From: Alphaproteobacteria bacterium
Lineage (GTDB): Bacteria; Pseudomonadota; Alphaproteobacteria; RF32; CAG-239
Direction of reading: 5' to 3'
NCBI GenBank assembly: GCA_045633945.1
Contig: JAZQZH010000021.1
Coordinates: 30,808 to 94,807 of the forward strand
Length of the DNA stretch: 64,000 nucleotides
Each line of letters starts with the position of its first letter. Position 1 is the first letter of the stretch. Below are positions 1 to 9,744 of this stretch, piece after piece. The notes under the pieces were generated by a model. The model was not told where the DNA came from. It was given only the letters and a program-made list of their open reading frames with translations, and searched no databases. The position numbers and the translations under genes are program-made.

Positions 1-416
1 TCAACACTGCGAGATTTACGTAAATTCTCACAACTTCCAGCTGTTTTCAATACACGAGAAAGCGTAGCTAATGCTGTTAAATGATCTGCACCACTATTCT
101 CTGGGCTGATAAGTAAAAATACTAAATCAACTGGTTTGCCATCAAGTGAATCAAAATCAACAGGCTCATCTAGACGCACAAACATTGCAGAAACTTTTTT
201 TAGTCCTTCAATTCTTGCATGAGGAAAGGCAACTCCGTCGCCATAACCTGTAGAACCTAAATTTTCGCGCTCCCAAACAGCTTCAAAAACAACGCGTTCA
301 TCTACACCAGATAGGCTAGCTATTTTGTTAGATAAAACTTGAATTAATTCGCGCTTTGTTGTTGCTTGAACATTATCAAGAACAGCTTCTTTAGAAATGA
401 TATCTGCAATATTCAT
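1..416 (-). CDS. ptsN: PTS IIA-Ntr nitrogen regulatory protein PtsN; the 3' end runs off the window start
   Basis: Minus-strand translation from ATG at 416 gives MNIADIISKEAVLDNV...GSTGYGDGVAFPHARIEG, the EIIA-Ntr family with the phospho-His in the PHA motif. It lies directly downstream of hpf, the canonical position. Confidence 0.75.
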   Translation of the reverse strand, partial: MNIADIISKEAVLDNVQATTKRELIQVLSNKIASLSGVDERVVFEAVWERENLGSTGYGDGVAFPHARIEGLKKVSAMFVRLDEPVDFDSLDGKPVDLVFLLISPENSGADHLTALATLSRVLKTAGSCENLRKSRSV

Positions 417-437
417 GGTGTATATCCTTAAACTTAA

Positions 438-1001
438 TTATTCAGATTTAGGTTCAACCCAGCCAATGTTACCATCTTTACGACGGTAAACCATGCTGAT
501 GTGGTTGTTTGCACTATTTCTAAACATGATAGCGCATTCATTACTTAAATCCATAAACATAACTGCTTCACTAACGGTACATACAGGAATGTTTGCATCT
601 GTTTCTGCTATAGTTAAAGGTGCATTTTCATCTATATTTACTTCTTCATTTTCTTCAACTAATGGTAAAACAGCCTCATAAGCAAGCTCAGCTAAGCCAA
701 CTTTGCTCTTGTGAGCATTTAATTTTGTTTTGTGACGGCGTAAACGTGTTGCAATATGAGCATTTGCATTATCAAAAGCAGAATAAGGATCAGAAGCTGA
801 ACCACTACCTTTTAATACAATGTTTTTAGTTGGATGTACAGTAATTTCAGCCCCAAAATCTTCTCCTTCTTTAGAAAAAGCAACAGAGCAGCTAAGTGGC
901 GCGCTAAAATATTTCTCTACAGAAACACTAACCCCTTCTTCAACATGTTTACGTAATTTGTCGCTAACATCTACTTGTTTTCCTGAAAATGTAACTTTCA
1001 T
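438..1001 (-). CDS. hpf: Ribosome hibernation promoting factor, long form
   Basis: 187 aa, MKVTFSGKQVDVSDKLRKHVEEGV... matches the HPF/YfiA sigma-54 modulation protein family. It sits between lptB and ptsN. Confidence 0.85.
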   Translation of the reverse strand: MKVTFSGKQVDVSDKLRKHVEEGVSVSVEKYFSAPLSCSVAFSKEGEDFGAEITVHPTKNIVLKGSGSASDPYSAFDNANAHIATRLRRHKTKLNAHKSKVGLAELAYEAVLPLVEENEEVNIDENAPLTIAETDANIPVCTVSEAVMFMDLSNECAIMFRNSANNHISMVYRRKDGNIGWVEPKSE

Positions 1002-1084
1002 CTCTTATCCCTTCATATATTTAAAACTATTTACTGACCAAATTTTATCCTCAAATTCTCTAAAAAGTCAAACAAAAAAGCCTG

Positions 1085-1831
1085 TTATATTGAAAAATTA
1101 TCTCCCAAATAAACTTTTCTAACATCTTCGCTTGCAACGATTTCCTCAGGAGTTCCCTCCATAAGAACTGTTCCACCATGTAATATATAAGCTCTATCAA
1201 TAATATCCAATGTTTCACGAACATTATGATCGGTAATTAGTACGCCAAGACCTCTATTTTTTAATTTAGAAACAAGCTCTCTGATTTCTCCAACCGCAAT
1301 AGGGTCAATACCAGCAAGTGGCTCATCTAAAAGAATATAATTAGGTTGTCCAGCTAATGCTCTTGCAATTTCTAAACGTCTTCTTTCTCCGCCAGACAAT
1401 GCAATAGATGGAGATTTTCTTAAGTGAGATATAGAAAATTCATCTAACAAATCCTCGAGCATTTGCTCTCTTTTATTTTTATCATCAATCACTATTTCTA
1501 ATACAGCGCTAATATTATCTTCAACGCTAAGGTTTCTAAAAATTGATGCCTCTTGAGGTAGATATCCGATTCCCATGCGTGCACGTTTATACATTGGCAT
1601 ATATGTGATATCTTGGCCATCAATATGTACATCGCCATAATCTGGAGTAATTAAGCCAGTTATACAATAAAAACAAGTTGTTTTACCGGCGCCGTTAGGA
1701 CCTAATAGACCAACAGCTTCGCCGCGCTTAACATTCAAAGACACATTTCTTAATACACTTCGATTCTTATAACGCTTGCCGATATTAAAAACTTCTAAAA
1801 CAGAATCTTGAATATTTGAGCATGAAAGCAT
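1085..1831 (-). CDS. lptB: LPS export ABC transporter ATP-binding protein LptB
   Basis: Walker [10 protein letters not shown], signature LSGGERRRLEIARAL, Walker B ILLDEP. Synteny with the lptC/A-like ORF and hpf. Confidence 0.9.
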   Translation of the reverse strand: MLSCSNIQDSVLEVFNIGKRYKNRSVLRNVSLNVKRGEAVGLLGPNGAGKTTCFYCITGLITPDYGDVHIDGQDITYMPMYKRARMGIGYLPQEASIFRNLSVEDNISAVLEIVIDDKNKREQMLEDLLDEFSISHLRKSPSIALSGGERRRLEIARALAGQPNYILLDEPLAGIDPIAVGEIRELVSKLKNRGLGVLITDHNVRETLDIIDRAYILHGGTVLMEGTPEEIVASEDVRKVYLGDNFSI

Positions 1832-1836
1832 GTTTT

Positions 1837-3060
1837 TTAGTCCTCTTTTTTATCTGGCTTACTTTGGGTGAGCTTGCCGGAAATTCTACCACCATTTATT
1901 GCAATAAGTCTGCTTTTAGATGTATTAAAATCAGATATCGCTTTATCTCCTTTTACCATATTACCATCTTTGCTAATGACAACATTTTTTTCTAATTCAG
2001 CAACATTTTTCTTTATAAAATAAACCCCTTTATCTGCAATGGCGATAGCCCCAGATTGTTGAATTTTTACATTATTATACAAATGAAATTCTTCTTTATT
2101 TTGGAAGTAGATGGCTCTATCAGAGGTCGCAATGTTTGTTCCTTTTACTATTCTAACATTACCATTTAGTTTAATAATAGAGGAGTTTGGTAGGTATTCA
2201 ATATTGTCAGCATAAGCCTTTTCGCCTTTAGAGTAAAGCTCTGCATTTCCTTTGCAATATGCGCTATCTATATCAAAGCTTTTAGCATTCTTGAAAAAAA
2301 CGGTTAAAACATTTCCTTTTAATGTTTCGTTGCCTTTTTTTACAGTAGCATCTTCTGCTATAAATTTATTATCGTTTGCATATAGCGTAGCATCTTTAGG
2401 AGTTGACACTTCTATATCATTGCTCGATAAAAATACATTGTTAATTAATGTTATAGTATTATGATTTTTATTAAAAGAAAAACGATTAGCGCTAAAACTT
2501 CCTTTAGTGCCTATGCCAGAGATTTTACTATTACCAAAACCTTCCATGCTTTTAAAATTGTATGATATATTATCTGTTTTTATAGTCATTTCATTGTTGT
2601 AATTTGCAACTATATCATCGGATAAATTTAACACATGTGTATTTTGGTTATATATACCAACTTTAGAAACTATGGTGATATTAGTTTCATTATTTGTAGA
2701 TTGTGCATCAGGATTCGTTAAGTTATATATTTTGCTACCAGCAATAGTTTCTTCAACCGTATTTGCTTTAATTGTACTAATTTGATTATCTTTTTCTGTC
2801 ACTTCAAAGACTATATTTTTCATTCTAAATTTTTCAAAATATACTTTCTTTTCTTTATCAATAGAAAAATTAGAATTTGTAGAATTATCAAAATCAAATA
2901 AAGCAACACCAATGGCAAAAAGCATAGCCGTCAAACAAGGTAGAAATAGCTCCAAAAAACGCACTACCTTTGTTCTACGGCTAATAAAACTTTTCTCTTC
3001 TTCGTCAAAAAGATTTTTTTCACCACTAAAAAAACTATCAATTTTACGAGTGTCGAACAA
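1837..3060 (-). CDS. LptC-LptA-like fusion: N-terminal membrane anchor plus OstA-like beta-jellyroll repeats
   Basis: 407 aa with an N-terminal TM (FLELFLPCLTAMLFAIGVALF) followed by two OstA-like halves. The C-terminal half resembles LptA (YADNIEYLPNSSIIKLNGNVRIV...). It sits between kdsD and lptB where lptC and lptA normally lie. The fusion is my inference. Confidence 0.55.
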   Translation of the reverse strand: MFDTRKIDSFFSGEKNLFDEEEKSFISRRTKVVRFLELFLPCLTAMLFAIGVALFDFDNSTNSNFSIDKEKKVYFEKFRMKNIVFEVTEKDNQISTIKANTVEETIAGSKIYNLTNPDAQSTNNETNITIVSKVGIYNQNTHVLNLSDDIVANYNNEMTIKTDNISYNFKSMEGFGNSKISGIGTKGSFSANRFSFNKNHNTITLINNVFLSSNDIEVSTPKDATLYANDNKFIAEDATVKKGNETLKGNVLTVFFKNAKSFDIDSAYCKGNAELYSKGEKAYADNIEYLPNSSIIKLNGNVRIVKGTNIATSDRAIYFQNKEEFHLYNNVKIQQSGAIAIADKGVYFIKKNVAELEKNVVISKDGNMVKGDKAISDFNTSKSRLIAINGGRISGKLTQSKPDKKED

Positions 3061-3062
3061 AA

Positions 3063-4049
3063 CTATGCCACTCCTGCTTTTAGGCAGTCATGAATGTGTA
3101 TAACACCTAAAGGTTTTTTGTCTTCAATAACAAATAAATTTGTAATGCCTCTACCTGTGTTGTTCATTAAATTAACAGCATCAACAATCAAAGCATCAGG
3201 GCCAATAACTTTAGGATTTTTAGTCATAACTGTTGATACTTTTTCAGTAATCAAATTTGGAGACATCCAACGCCTTAAGTCTCCATCTGTAATAATGCCT
3301 AATAATTCGTTATTGTCATTCACTATGCCCACGCAACCAAGCATTTTTTCACTCATAACAATTAAAGCTTCTTGCATGATAGCATTTTCTTTAAGTAGTG
3401 GAATTTCATTTTCTTTATGCATTATGTCAGAAACTTTACACAATATAGCCCCAAGTTTGCCGCCTGGATGACGTTGTTTATAATCAGAGGATGTAAAGTT
3501 TCTTCTGTACATCAAGCTAACAGCTAAAGCATCTCCCAAAGCAAGAGTCGCAGTAGTTGAAGATGTTGGCGCTAGTCCTAAAGGGCAAGCTTCTCCACTA
3601 TCAGGAAGCTTTAGAACTAAAGTTGAATTTTTTCCAAGAGAACTTTCTGGATTGCGTGTTATAGCAATTATAGGTATATTATGTCTTTTAGCATACATTA
3701 ATACATCTGATAATTCTTTAGATTCACCACTATTAGATATAGCAATTACAACATCATCATCAGAAATCATTCCTAAGTCACCGTGGCTAGCTTCTGCAGG
3801 GTGAACAAAGAATGAAACAGTACCAGTAGAAGCCATCGTTGCAGCAATTTTGTGTCCGATATGACCAGATTTACCCATACCAGTTACAATAACTCTACCT
3901 TTAGTATTTTGTAATAAATCAACAGCTTTAGAAAAGGTTGCATCAAGATTATTCTTCATAATTTCAAGAGCTTCAATTTCTTTGTCTATTGTTGCTCTTG
4001 CGTGTTTAATGTCTTCAAAATCTAATATTTCAGCAACATTGCTTTGCAT
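3063..4049 (-). CDS. kdsD: Arabinose-5-phosphate isomerase (KpsF/GutQ family; SIS plus tandem CBS domains)
   Basis: VIVTGMGKSGHIGHKIAATMASTGT SIS motif and a C-terminal CBS pair. Adjacent to the lpt genes. Confidence 0.85.
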   Translation of the reverse strand: MQSNVAEILDFEDIKHARATIDKEIEALEIMKNNLDATFSKAVDLLQNTKGRVIVTGMGKSGHIGHKIAATMASTGTVSFFVHPAEASHGDLGMISDDDVVIAISNSGESKELSDVLMYAKRHNIPIIAITRNPESSLGKNSTLVLKLPDSGEACPLGLAPTSSTTATLALGDALAVSLMYRRNFTSSDYKQRHPGGKLGAILCKVSDIMHKENEIPLLKENAIMQEALIVMSEKMLGCVGIVNDNNELLGIITDGDLRRWMSPNLITEKVSTVMTKNPKVIGPDALIVDAVNLMNNTGRGITNLFVIEDKKPLGVIHIHDCLKAGVA

Positions 4050-4158
4050 GTTTTCTACTCCTATTATAAAATCATGTTGAACATGTAAATATCATACATT
4101 TAGAAAAAATCAAGATATTTTTGTCATATTTTCTGTAAACATAATAAATAAAACTTAT

Positions 4159-4614
4159 CTATACTTTTTGCTCAAAAGATCCATTATCTTTTTGTTGCCA
4201 ATAATGTAATTCGTAATTTAAATTTTTTATTTGTTTCCAATAAACTCTAGCATTATATAGTGCAACATCATCGCACCCGTCAAAAATATTCAAAACTCTT
4301 TCAAATTCTTTTATAAAACTTAAGTCTGGATATGCATTGTCAGCTAAAATCAAAATGCTAGCATTGTTTTCATTTTTATTATCTGAAGAAATAAATATTG
4401 GTTGTTCTTCAATAAATCCATCTTTTTTACTTCCATGCGGTAAGAACGATTCTTCATTATAAGTCCACAATAATGTATTAACAAACTCAATTCTTTCTTC
4501 ATTACCTAATAAAACTTTTATTTTTTTACCAGATAAGAAAGCCTTTTCACAAAGTTTAGGAAGTACGCTTTCAAGTGGTGTTTTTTGTAAGTGATAAAAG
4601 TCAATTCTAGTCAT
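4159..4614 (-). CDS. holC: DNA polymerase III chi subunit
   Basis: 151 aa starting MTRIDFYHLQ... with ...LWTYNEESFLPHG, matching the HolC family. Confidence 0.6.
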   Translation of the reverse strand: MTRIDFYHLQKTPLESVLPKLCEKAFLSGKKIKVLLGNEERIEFVNTLLWTYNEESFLPHGSKKDGFIEEQPIFISSDNKNENNASILILADNAYPDLSFIKEFERVLNIFDGCDDVALYNARVYWKQIKNLNYELHYWQQKDNGSFEQKV

Positions 4615-5950
4615 TTTCTACCGCCAGTTCAATAGATGTTTGAAAAACATCTTCAGTTCCTTGTACTAAAAGGGATATTGTTCTAAAATCTTCAACTATA
4701 GCATTTCTTATACTATCAAGCATATTATCTACACTATATATATCTCCTCTATCTGCTTCCAGTATAATGTCGCCATTATTAACTCCTTTATTTTTTAGTG
4801 GCGATGTTTTATCTAGTTTTAAAATTAGAAGACCTCTAGGGGATGCTTCTTTTACTGTTATACCTAATTCTGAAATATAAAAAGCATCTTTATCTACGGA
4901 TTTAATAGTATTTAGATTGCTTTCTTTTAGGGCTGCATTAGTTATATTTTTTAGTTCATCACTAGGCATTTCTTGGATACGAACCACATGGCGTATTTCT
5001 TCGCCAAAGCTAACAGTTTTTAGGCGTAATGCTTGGTCTATATCCATTTTTTCTACATAAGACAAAAAAGAAGCAATGTCGCCAGCTGGTGTGTCATTAT
5101 ATGCAGTAATTATATCACCTACTCTAACACCCTCTTTATATGCATTTGAGTTTTCATTTATTTCTGTAACAACAAACCCTTCTTTGCCGGTATATTTATC
5201 AGCACCATAAGATACTGACATGCCTATCCAACCACGTTTTACTTTGCCATTATCTATAATTTGATTAGCTATCCAGTTTGCAATATTAGATGGTAGAGAA
5301 AAACCAACACCTGTTGCACCTTGTTGTTTAAAGATTGCTGAGTTGACACCTATTACTTCGCCATCTGTATTAAACATAGGGCCTCCTGAATTGCCTTCGT
5401 TTATTGCTGCATCTGTTTGTAAGTATTGCTGTTCGCCAAGACCAATATTTCTTGATTTAGCAGAGATTATTCCTTGAGATACACTTACCCCTAATCCATA
5501 AGGGTTCCCAAAGGTTAAAACAATATCTCCGACTCTTGCATTATCTGCATTGCCAAAAACAACAGGCGTAAAAGTTTTATTTTTATCAATATTCGAAATT
5601 TTTAAAACAGCCAAATCACTTGGTTTATCCACTCCAAGAAGTGTTGCACCATAAGAGTGATTATCGGATGTTATAACTGTTATTTTTTTTGCTCCTTTTA
5701 TTACATGCGCATTTGTTAAAATAGTGCCATCTTTTCTAATAAAAAATCCAGATCCAAGATTATCTCTTGCGTTTAAAGATGGATTTATCATAACATTATT
5801 AAATTGTTCCTCGCTATCTAAAGCCATATTTTCTGTAGATATATTTACAACAGACGGCATGAGTACATCAACCAAGTCAGCATAAGATTGAAAGGCAGCA
5901 GCTTTAAAAGAGAAAAACAAACACAAAGTAATATAAAAAAGAAAGTGCAT
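4607..5950 (-). CDS. degP: Periplasmic serine endoprotease DegP/HtrA (trypsin domain plus PDZ)
   Basis: Signal peptide, catalytic GNSGGP motif, LTNAHV His region and C-terminal PDZ-like sequence. Confidence 0.85.
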   Translation of the reverse strand: MHFLFYITLCLFFSFKAAAFQSYADLVDVLMPSVVNISTENMALDSEEQFNNVMINPSLNARDNLGSGFFIRKDGTILTNAHVIKGAKKITVITSDNHSYGATLLGVDKPSDLAVLKISNIDKNKTFTPVVFGNADNARVGDIVLTFGNPYGLGVSVSQGIISAKSRNIGLGEQQYLQTDAAINEGNSGGPMFNTDGEVIGVNSAIFKQQGATGVGFSLPSNIANWIANQIIDNGKVKRGWIGMSVSYGADKYTGKEGFVVTEINENSNAYKEGVRVGDIITAYNDTPAGDIASFLSYVEKMDIDQALRLKTVSFGEEIRHVVRIQEMPSDELKNITNAALKESNLNTIKSVDKDAFYISELGITVKEASPRGLLILKLDKTSPLKNKGVNNGDIILEADRGDIYSVDNMLDSIRNAIVEDFRTISLLVQGTEDVFQTSIELAVEND

Positions 5951-5958
5951 GGTGTTCC

Positions 5959-6822
5959 TTATTTTAATGATTTTACAAAATAGTTAAAGAATTCTCCCTC
6001 TGGAGCTAAAACAACAGAAGTATCCTCGTCAAAAGAATTTTTATATGCCTCTAATGAACGATAAAAAGCATAAAATTCTGGGTCAACACTAGTTGCTTTA
6101 TTCCAAATTTCTGTTGCGATTCTATCACCTTCTCCTTTTATCGTTTGAGCGTCTTTTTCTGCTTCTGCAACAGTTATGGTTGCTTCTTTGTCTGCAGTAG
6201 CTCTAATTTCCTGAGCTCTTTTTTCTCCATCAGCCCTATATCCTTTAGCCTCACGAATGCGCTCTGTTTTCATGCGTTCATTAATAGCTTGAGATACTTG
6301 AATTGGTAAATCTGCTCTTCTTATTCTAACGTCTGCAACTTCCACACCTATTTGTGCTGCATCAGACTTTACTGCTAAACTAATCCTTTTCATTATATCA
6401 TTTCTTTTTTCAGATAAAAGCTCAAGCAAGGTGACCGTTGCAAGTACATTTCTAGCAGAAGAGTTCACAATTTCTTGTAATCTATTTTGCGCTTGATATT
6501 CATTGCGAACAGTTTTGTAGAATGTTAAAGGATCTGTAACTCTGTAGCGTGAAAATGTATCAACATCTAAGCGTTTCTTGTCTTTTAAAACAACTTCTTG
6601 TGCAGGAGGTTCAAGATTAAGTAAGCGTTTGTCATAAAACACAACATTCTGAATGAAAGGTAATTTAAACTTAAGACCAGGTTCTTGTACTAACCTTACA
6701 GGACTACCAAATTGTAGTACAATAGCTTGTTCCGGTTGCATTACAATATATAACGATTGTGATAAGATTAAAACTATAACGGCAATGCCTACCAATATAA
6801 TATGCAAATTTTTCTTCATCAT
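5959..6822 (-). CDS. hflC: Protease modulator HflC (SPFH/band-7)
   Basis: N-terminal TM plus SPFH domain. Lies immediately after hflK on the same strand. Confidence 0.8.
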   Translation of the reverse strand: MMKKNLHIILVGIAVIVLILSQSLYIVMQPEQAIVLQFGSPVRLVQEPGLKFKLPFIQNVVFYDKRLLNLEPPAQEVVLKDKKRLDVDTFSRYRVTDPLTFYKTVRNEYQAQNRLQEIVNSSARNVLATVTLLELLSEKRNDIMKRISLAVKSDAAQIGVEVADVRIRRADLPIQVSQAINERMKTERIREAKGYRADGEKRAQEIRATADKEATITVAEAEKDAQTIKGEGDRIATEIWNKATSVDPEFYAFYRSLEAYKNSFDEDTSVVLAPEGEFFNYFVKSLK

Positions 6823-6835
6823 ACTCTCCTAACTA

Positions 6836-7879
6836 TTATTTTAGTGGTAAAATAGGCATCATATTATTGCTTTTTTGCCCTGGTTCCATAATAACTTTTT
6901 TAGTTTTTTTCAAAACATTTTCCATTGTCTCAAGATATAATCTTTTGGATGTAACTATTTTACCTGTTTTATACGCATTATATATAGAAGAAAAACGTTT
7001 TGCTTCACCTTCAGCTTTGCTTATAGCCGCTTCTTTGTATGCTTCTGCATCCTGTCTTCTTTTTATGGCTTCACCTTGAGCTTTAGGTAGTACTTCATTT
7101 GCGTATGCTTCTGCTTCATTCTTAAATCTTTCAGCATCTGTTTTTGCTCTTTGTACCTCATTAAAAGCATCTACAACTTGTTTTGGAGGGTCTGCTTTTT
7201 GAAGCTTAACACGCACAACGTTTACACCTGTTTGGAAACCATCTAATAAGTTTTGTAATTCTATCTTTGTGTCGTTTTCTATTTTATCGCGATCGCCTGT
7301 GATAATTGCCTCCATTTTGGATTGGCCAATAATTTCACGTAATACTGACTGCGCAGCAACTCTAACAGTTGATTCTGGAGTTCTAGTTTTAAATAGGAAA
7401 TCTTTTGCATCTTTTATATTCCATACAACGGTAAGATTTATATCTACAATATTTTCATCTCCTGTTAGCATATGGCTTTCGGTTAATTCATTTACACTAT
7501 TTCTAGTTCCGTATTCAGATTCGCTTGCGCCAAGATTTATGCTGCGCTCTTTACTGATATCGACAATATAAACTTGCTCAATAGGATACGGTAAATGATA
7601 GTGTAAGCCGGCACTTGTTGTTTCAACATATTTACCTAAACGCAAAATCACGCCTTCTTCACTCGGTTGAACCTGATAAAACCCAGATACAATCCATAAA
7701 AATAACAAAATGCCAATGATAATTTTATAATACCCGCCAAAATTATCTTTAGAGTTTTGCATTTTTGCAATTTTAGCAGAAAAATCAATAACCTTATTCG
7801 GGGACGAAGTATCACTTGATGTGTCCCAGGGATTAATATTGTATGTGACTGTTCTTTTTAACATGAAAACTAACCTCAA
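6836..7879 (-). CDS. hflK: Protease modulator HflK (SPFH/band-7)
   Basis: TM plus SPFH domain and a coiled-coil C-terminus (AEAYKEAAISKAEGEAKRF). Forms an hflK-hflC pair. Confidence 0.8.
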   Translation of the reverse strand: MRLVFMLKRTVTYNINPWDTSSDTSSPNKVIDFSAKIAKMQNSKDNFGGYYKIIIGILLFLWIVSGFYQVQPSEEGVILRLGKYVETTSAGLHYHLPYPIEQVYIVDISKERSINLGASESEYGTRNSVNELTESHMLTGDENIVDINLTVVWNIKDAKDFLFKTRTPESTVRVAAQSVLREIIGQSKMEAIITGDRDKIENDTKIELQNLLDGFQTGVNVVRVKLQKADPPKQVVDAFNEVQRAKTDAERFKNEAEAYANEVLPKAQGEAIKRRQDAEAYKEAAISKAEGEAKRFSSIYNAYKTGKIVTSKRLYLETMENVLKKTKKVIMEPGQKSNNMMPILPLK

Positions 7880-7982
7880 AAGTACTTGAATAAAAAATAT
7901 ATAAATCTATTATAGAGAAATAATACAAAGCTCGTATAAAAACAATATTGAATAAATAATATCCACATTAGGGAATTAAGAT

Positions 7983-8978
7983 ATGATAAATATAAGTGAT
8001 ATAAAAAATATAGTGTTGAAATATTTTAGAGATGATGAAGTAGATGCAATTAAAGAAATTGGTAGCCGCTTAATTGTAACATTAAGGGGTAGAGAGGATA
8101 GTGAAAATAAGCAAAAATTATATGAAGAACTAGCCTTGGTTGCTCCTACTCTAAAAGTGACTATAGCATTTATTCAAGAAAAAAAAGAAGATGATAAAGG
8201 TAGTGATAAGTGGCAAATAAAAGGTGTTAAAAATATTATAGCCGTTTCTTCTGGTAAGGGAGGTGTTGGTAAGTCAACGACATCCGTAAATATAGCTTTA
8301 GCATTGGCAAATAAAAATATGAAAGTGGCTCTTTTGGATGCAGATATATATGGGCCATCTATCCCAACAATGCTAGGATATGCTAATATTCCACCTACAA
8401 CTTTGGATGGTGTTAGATTTGAACCTTTTATGGAATGTGGAATAAAGTCTATGTCAATTGGTAGTATGATTGATAAAGATACAGCTCTTATTTGGCGAGG
8501 GGCAAAAGCTTGTGGTGCAATTGAACAACTTCTTGCATGCACAAATTGGGGGGATGTTGATGTTATGGTGATAGATATGCCCCCTGGTACTGGTGATATT
8601 CAAATAACATTGTCGCAAAAAATAGATTTTAGTGGAGCAGTGATTGTGTCTACCCCTCAAGATATAGCTCTAATTGATGCTATTAAAGGGATAAATCTAT
8701 TTAACAAAATAGGAGTGCCTATTTTGGGTGTTGTTGAAAATATGAGTTACTATATTTGCGAAAAATGTGGTCATAGAGCTAATATTTTTGGGCAAGATGG
8801 AGCAAGGATAACAGCGAAGAATTGCGGGGTGGATTTTTTAGGAGATATACCTCTTCACTATGATATTCGTTTAAATTCAGATTCTGGTACACCAATAGTT
8901 CTATCAATGCCAGATAGTGAACATGCAAAATCTTATGAAAAAATTGCTGAAAAGATAATAGAAAAGTTAAATAAATAG
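7983..8978 (+). CDS. mrp: Fe-S cluster carrier ATPase Mrp/ApbC
   Basis: AVSSGKGGVGKSTTSVNIALALA deviant Walker A, a CxxC pair and an N-terminal DUF59-like segment. Confidence 0.85.
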   Translation: MINISDIKNIVLKYFRDDEVDAIKEIGSRLIVTLRGREDSENKQKLYEELALVAPTLKVTIAFIQEKKEDDKGSDKWQIKGVKNIIAVSSGKGGVGKSTTSVNIALALANKNMKVALLDADIYGPSIPTMLGYANIPPTTLDGVRFEPFMECGIKSMSIGSMIDKDTALIWRGAKACGAIEQLLACTNWGDVDVMVIDMPPGTGDIQITLSQKIDFSGAVIVSTPQDIALIDAIKGINLFNKIGVPILGVVENMSYYICEKCGHRANIFGQDGARITAKNCGVDFLGDIPLHYDIRLNSDSGTPIVLSMPDSEHAKSYEKIAEKIIEKLNK

Positions 8979-8981
8979 CGG

Positions 8982-9680
8982 CTATTTATTCACTTTGAAA
9001 AACTCTTTTCTATTTTTTCTTCCCATACCCCAAAGATTGCCTAAGCCATTTATTGGTTGGACAATATATTGCGATTTAAAGTTGAAATTCCTTGATAAAA
9101 ACAAAGAAGTTGTTTTAGTATAATTGTTCATTGGGCAAAAACCATAAAAGTCAACTTGGATGAGGTTGCCTTTTTTTAATTCGTTAACTGCATTAATGTA
9201 TTCCTTGCTTGTGTTTATGCGATCGCTGTCATCAAGTATTATCATTCCACCGTTATTAAGGCAAGATAGGGCAGTCTTAGCACAATCTGCTCTGCGTTTT
9301 CCGTCAACTACAATGATATCATATTTTTTGTTATCTTCATAAATTGCATTAAAATAACCTTCGCCTTCATCTCGCCAACGAATATCTAGTCTATCGTGTT
9401 TAAACTCTTTTTGCCATTTGCTAAACCAAGTTAAATTATCTTCTATGCTGGTAACTTTTTTAGCTCTATTAGCCCAAAACATTGAAGAGTAACCACATCC
9501 AAATTCAAAAACTTCTTTATCGCTATAATCGAATTGTGATAAGTATTCAATAGCGGGATATGTATACCAAGGAATAGGGTTTCCATCTTTGTCGATGCAA
9601 ACTTTTTCATCGATTGTTCTTTCAATGGCAAAATCTCTTTGCCACATCTCTATAAATTTTAAAAATTTTTCACTATACAT
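8982..9680 (-). CDS. Class I SAM-dependent methyltransferase-like protein
   Basis: FEFGCGYSSMFWA glycine-rich SAM-binding-like motif followed by an acidic motif (IIVVDG). No more specific assignment is possible from sequence alone. Confidence 0.4.
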   Translation of the reverse strand: MYSEKFLKFIEMWQRDFAIERTIDEKVCIDKDGNPIPWYTYPAIEYLSQFDYSDKEVFEFGCGYSSMFWANRAKKVTSIEDNLTWFSKWQKEFKHDRLDIRWRDEGEGYFNAIYEDNKKYDIIVVDGKRRADCAKTALSCLNNGGMIILDDSDRINTSKEYINAVNELKKGNLIQVDFYGFCPMNNYTKTTSLFLSRNFNFKSQYIVQPINGLGNLWGMGRKNRKEFFKVNK

Positions 9681-9693
9681 TGGGTGATTGTTT

Positions 9694-9724
9694 CAAAAAA
9701 TTAGGTGCGAAGTCGATTCGCACC
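9694..9724 (-). terminator. Rho-independent terminator downstream of gcrA
   Basis: Stem GGTGCGAA (9704-9711) and TTCGCACC (9717-9724) with loop GTCGA. On the minus-strand RNA it is followed by a T-run (UAAUUUUUUG). Confidence 0.6.
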
Positions 9725-9744
9725 TGTTTGTTCTGCGATTCTTG

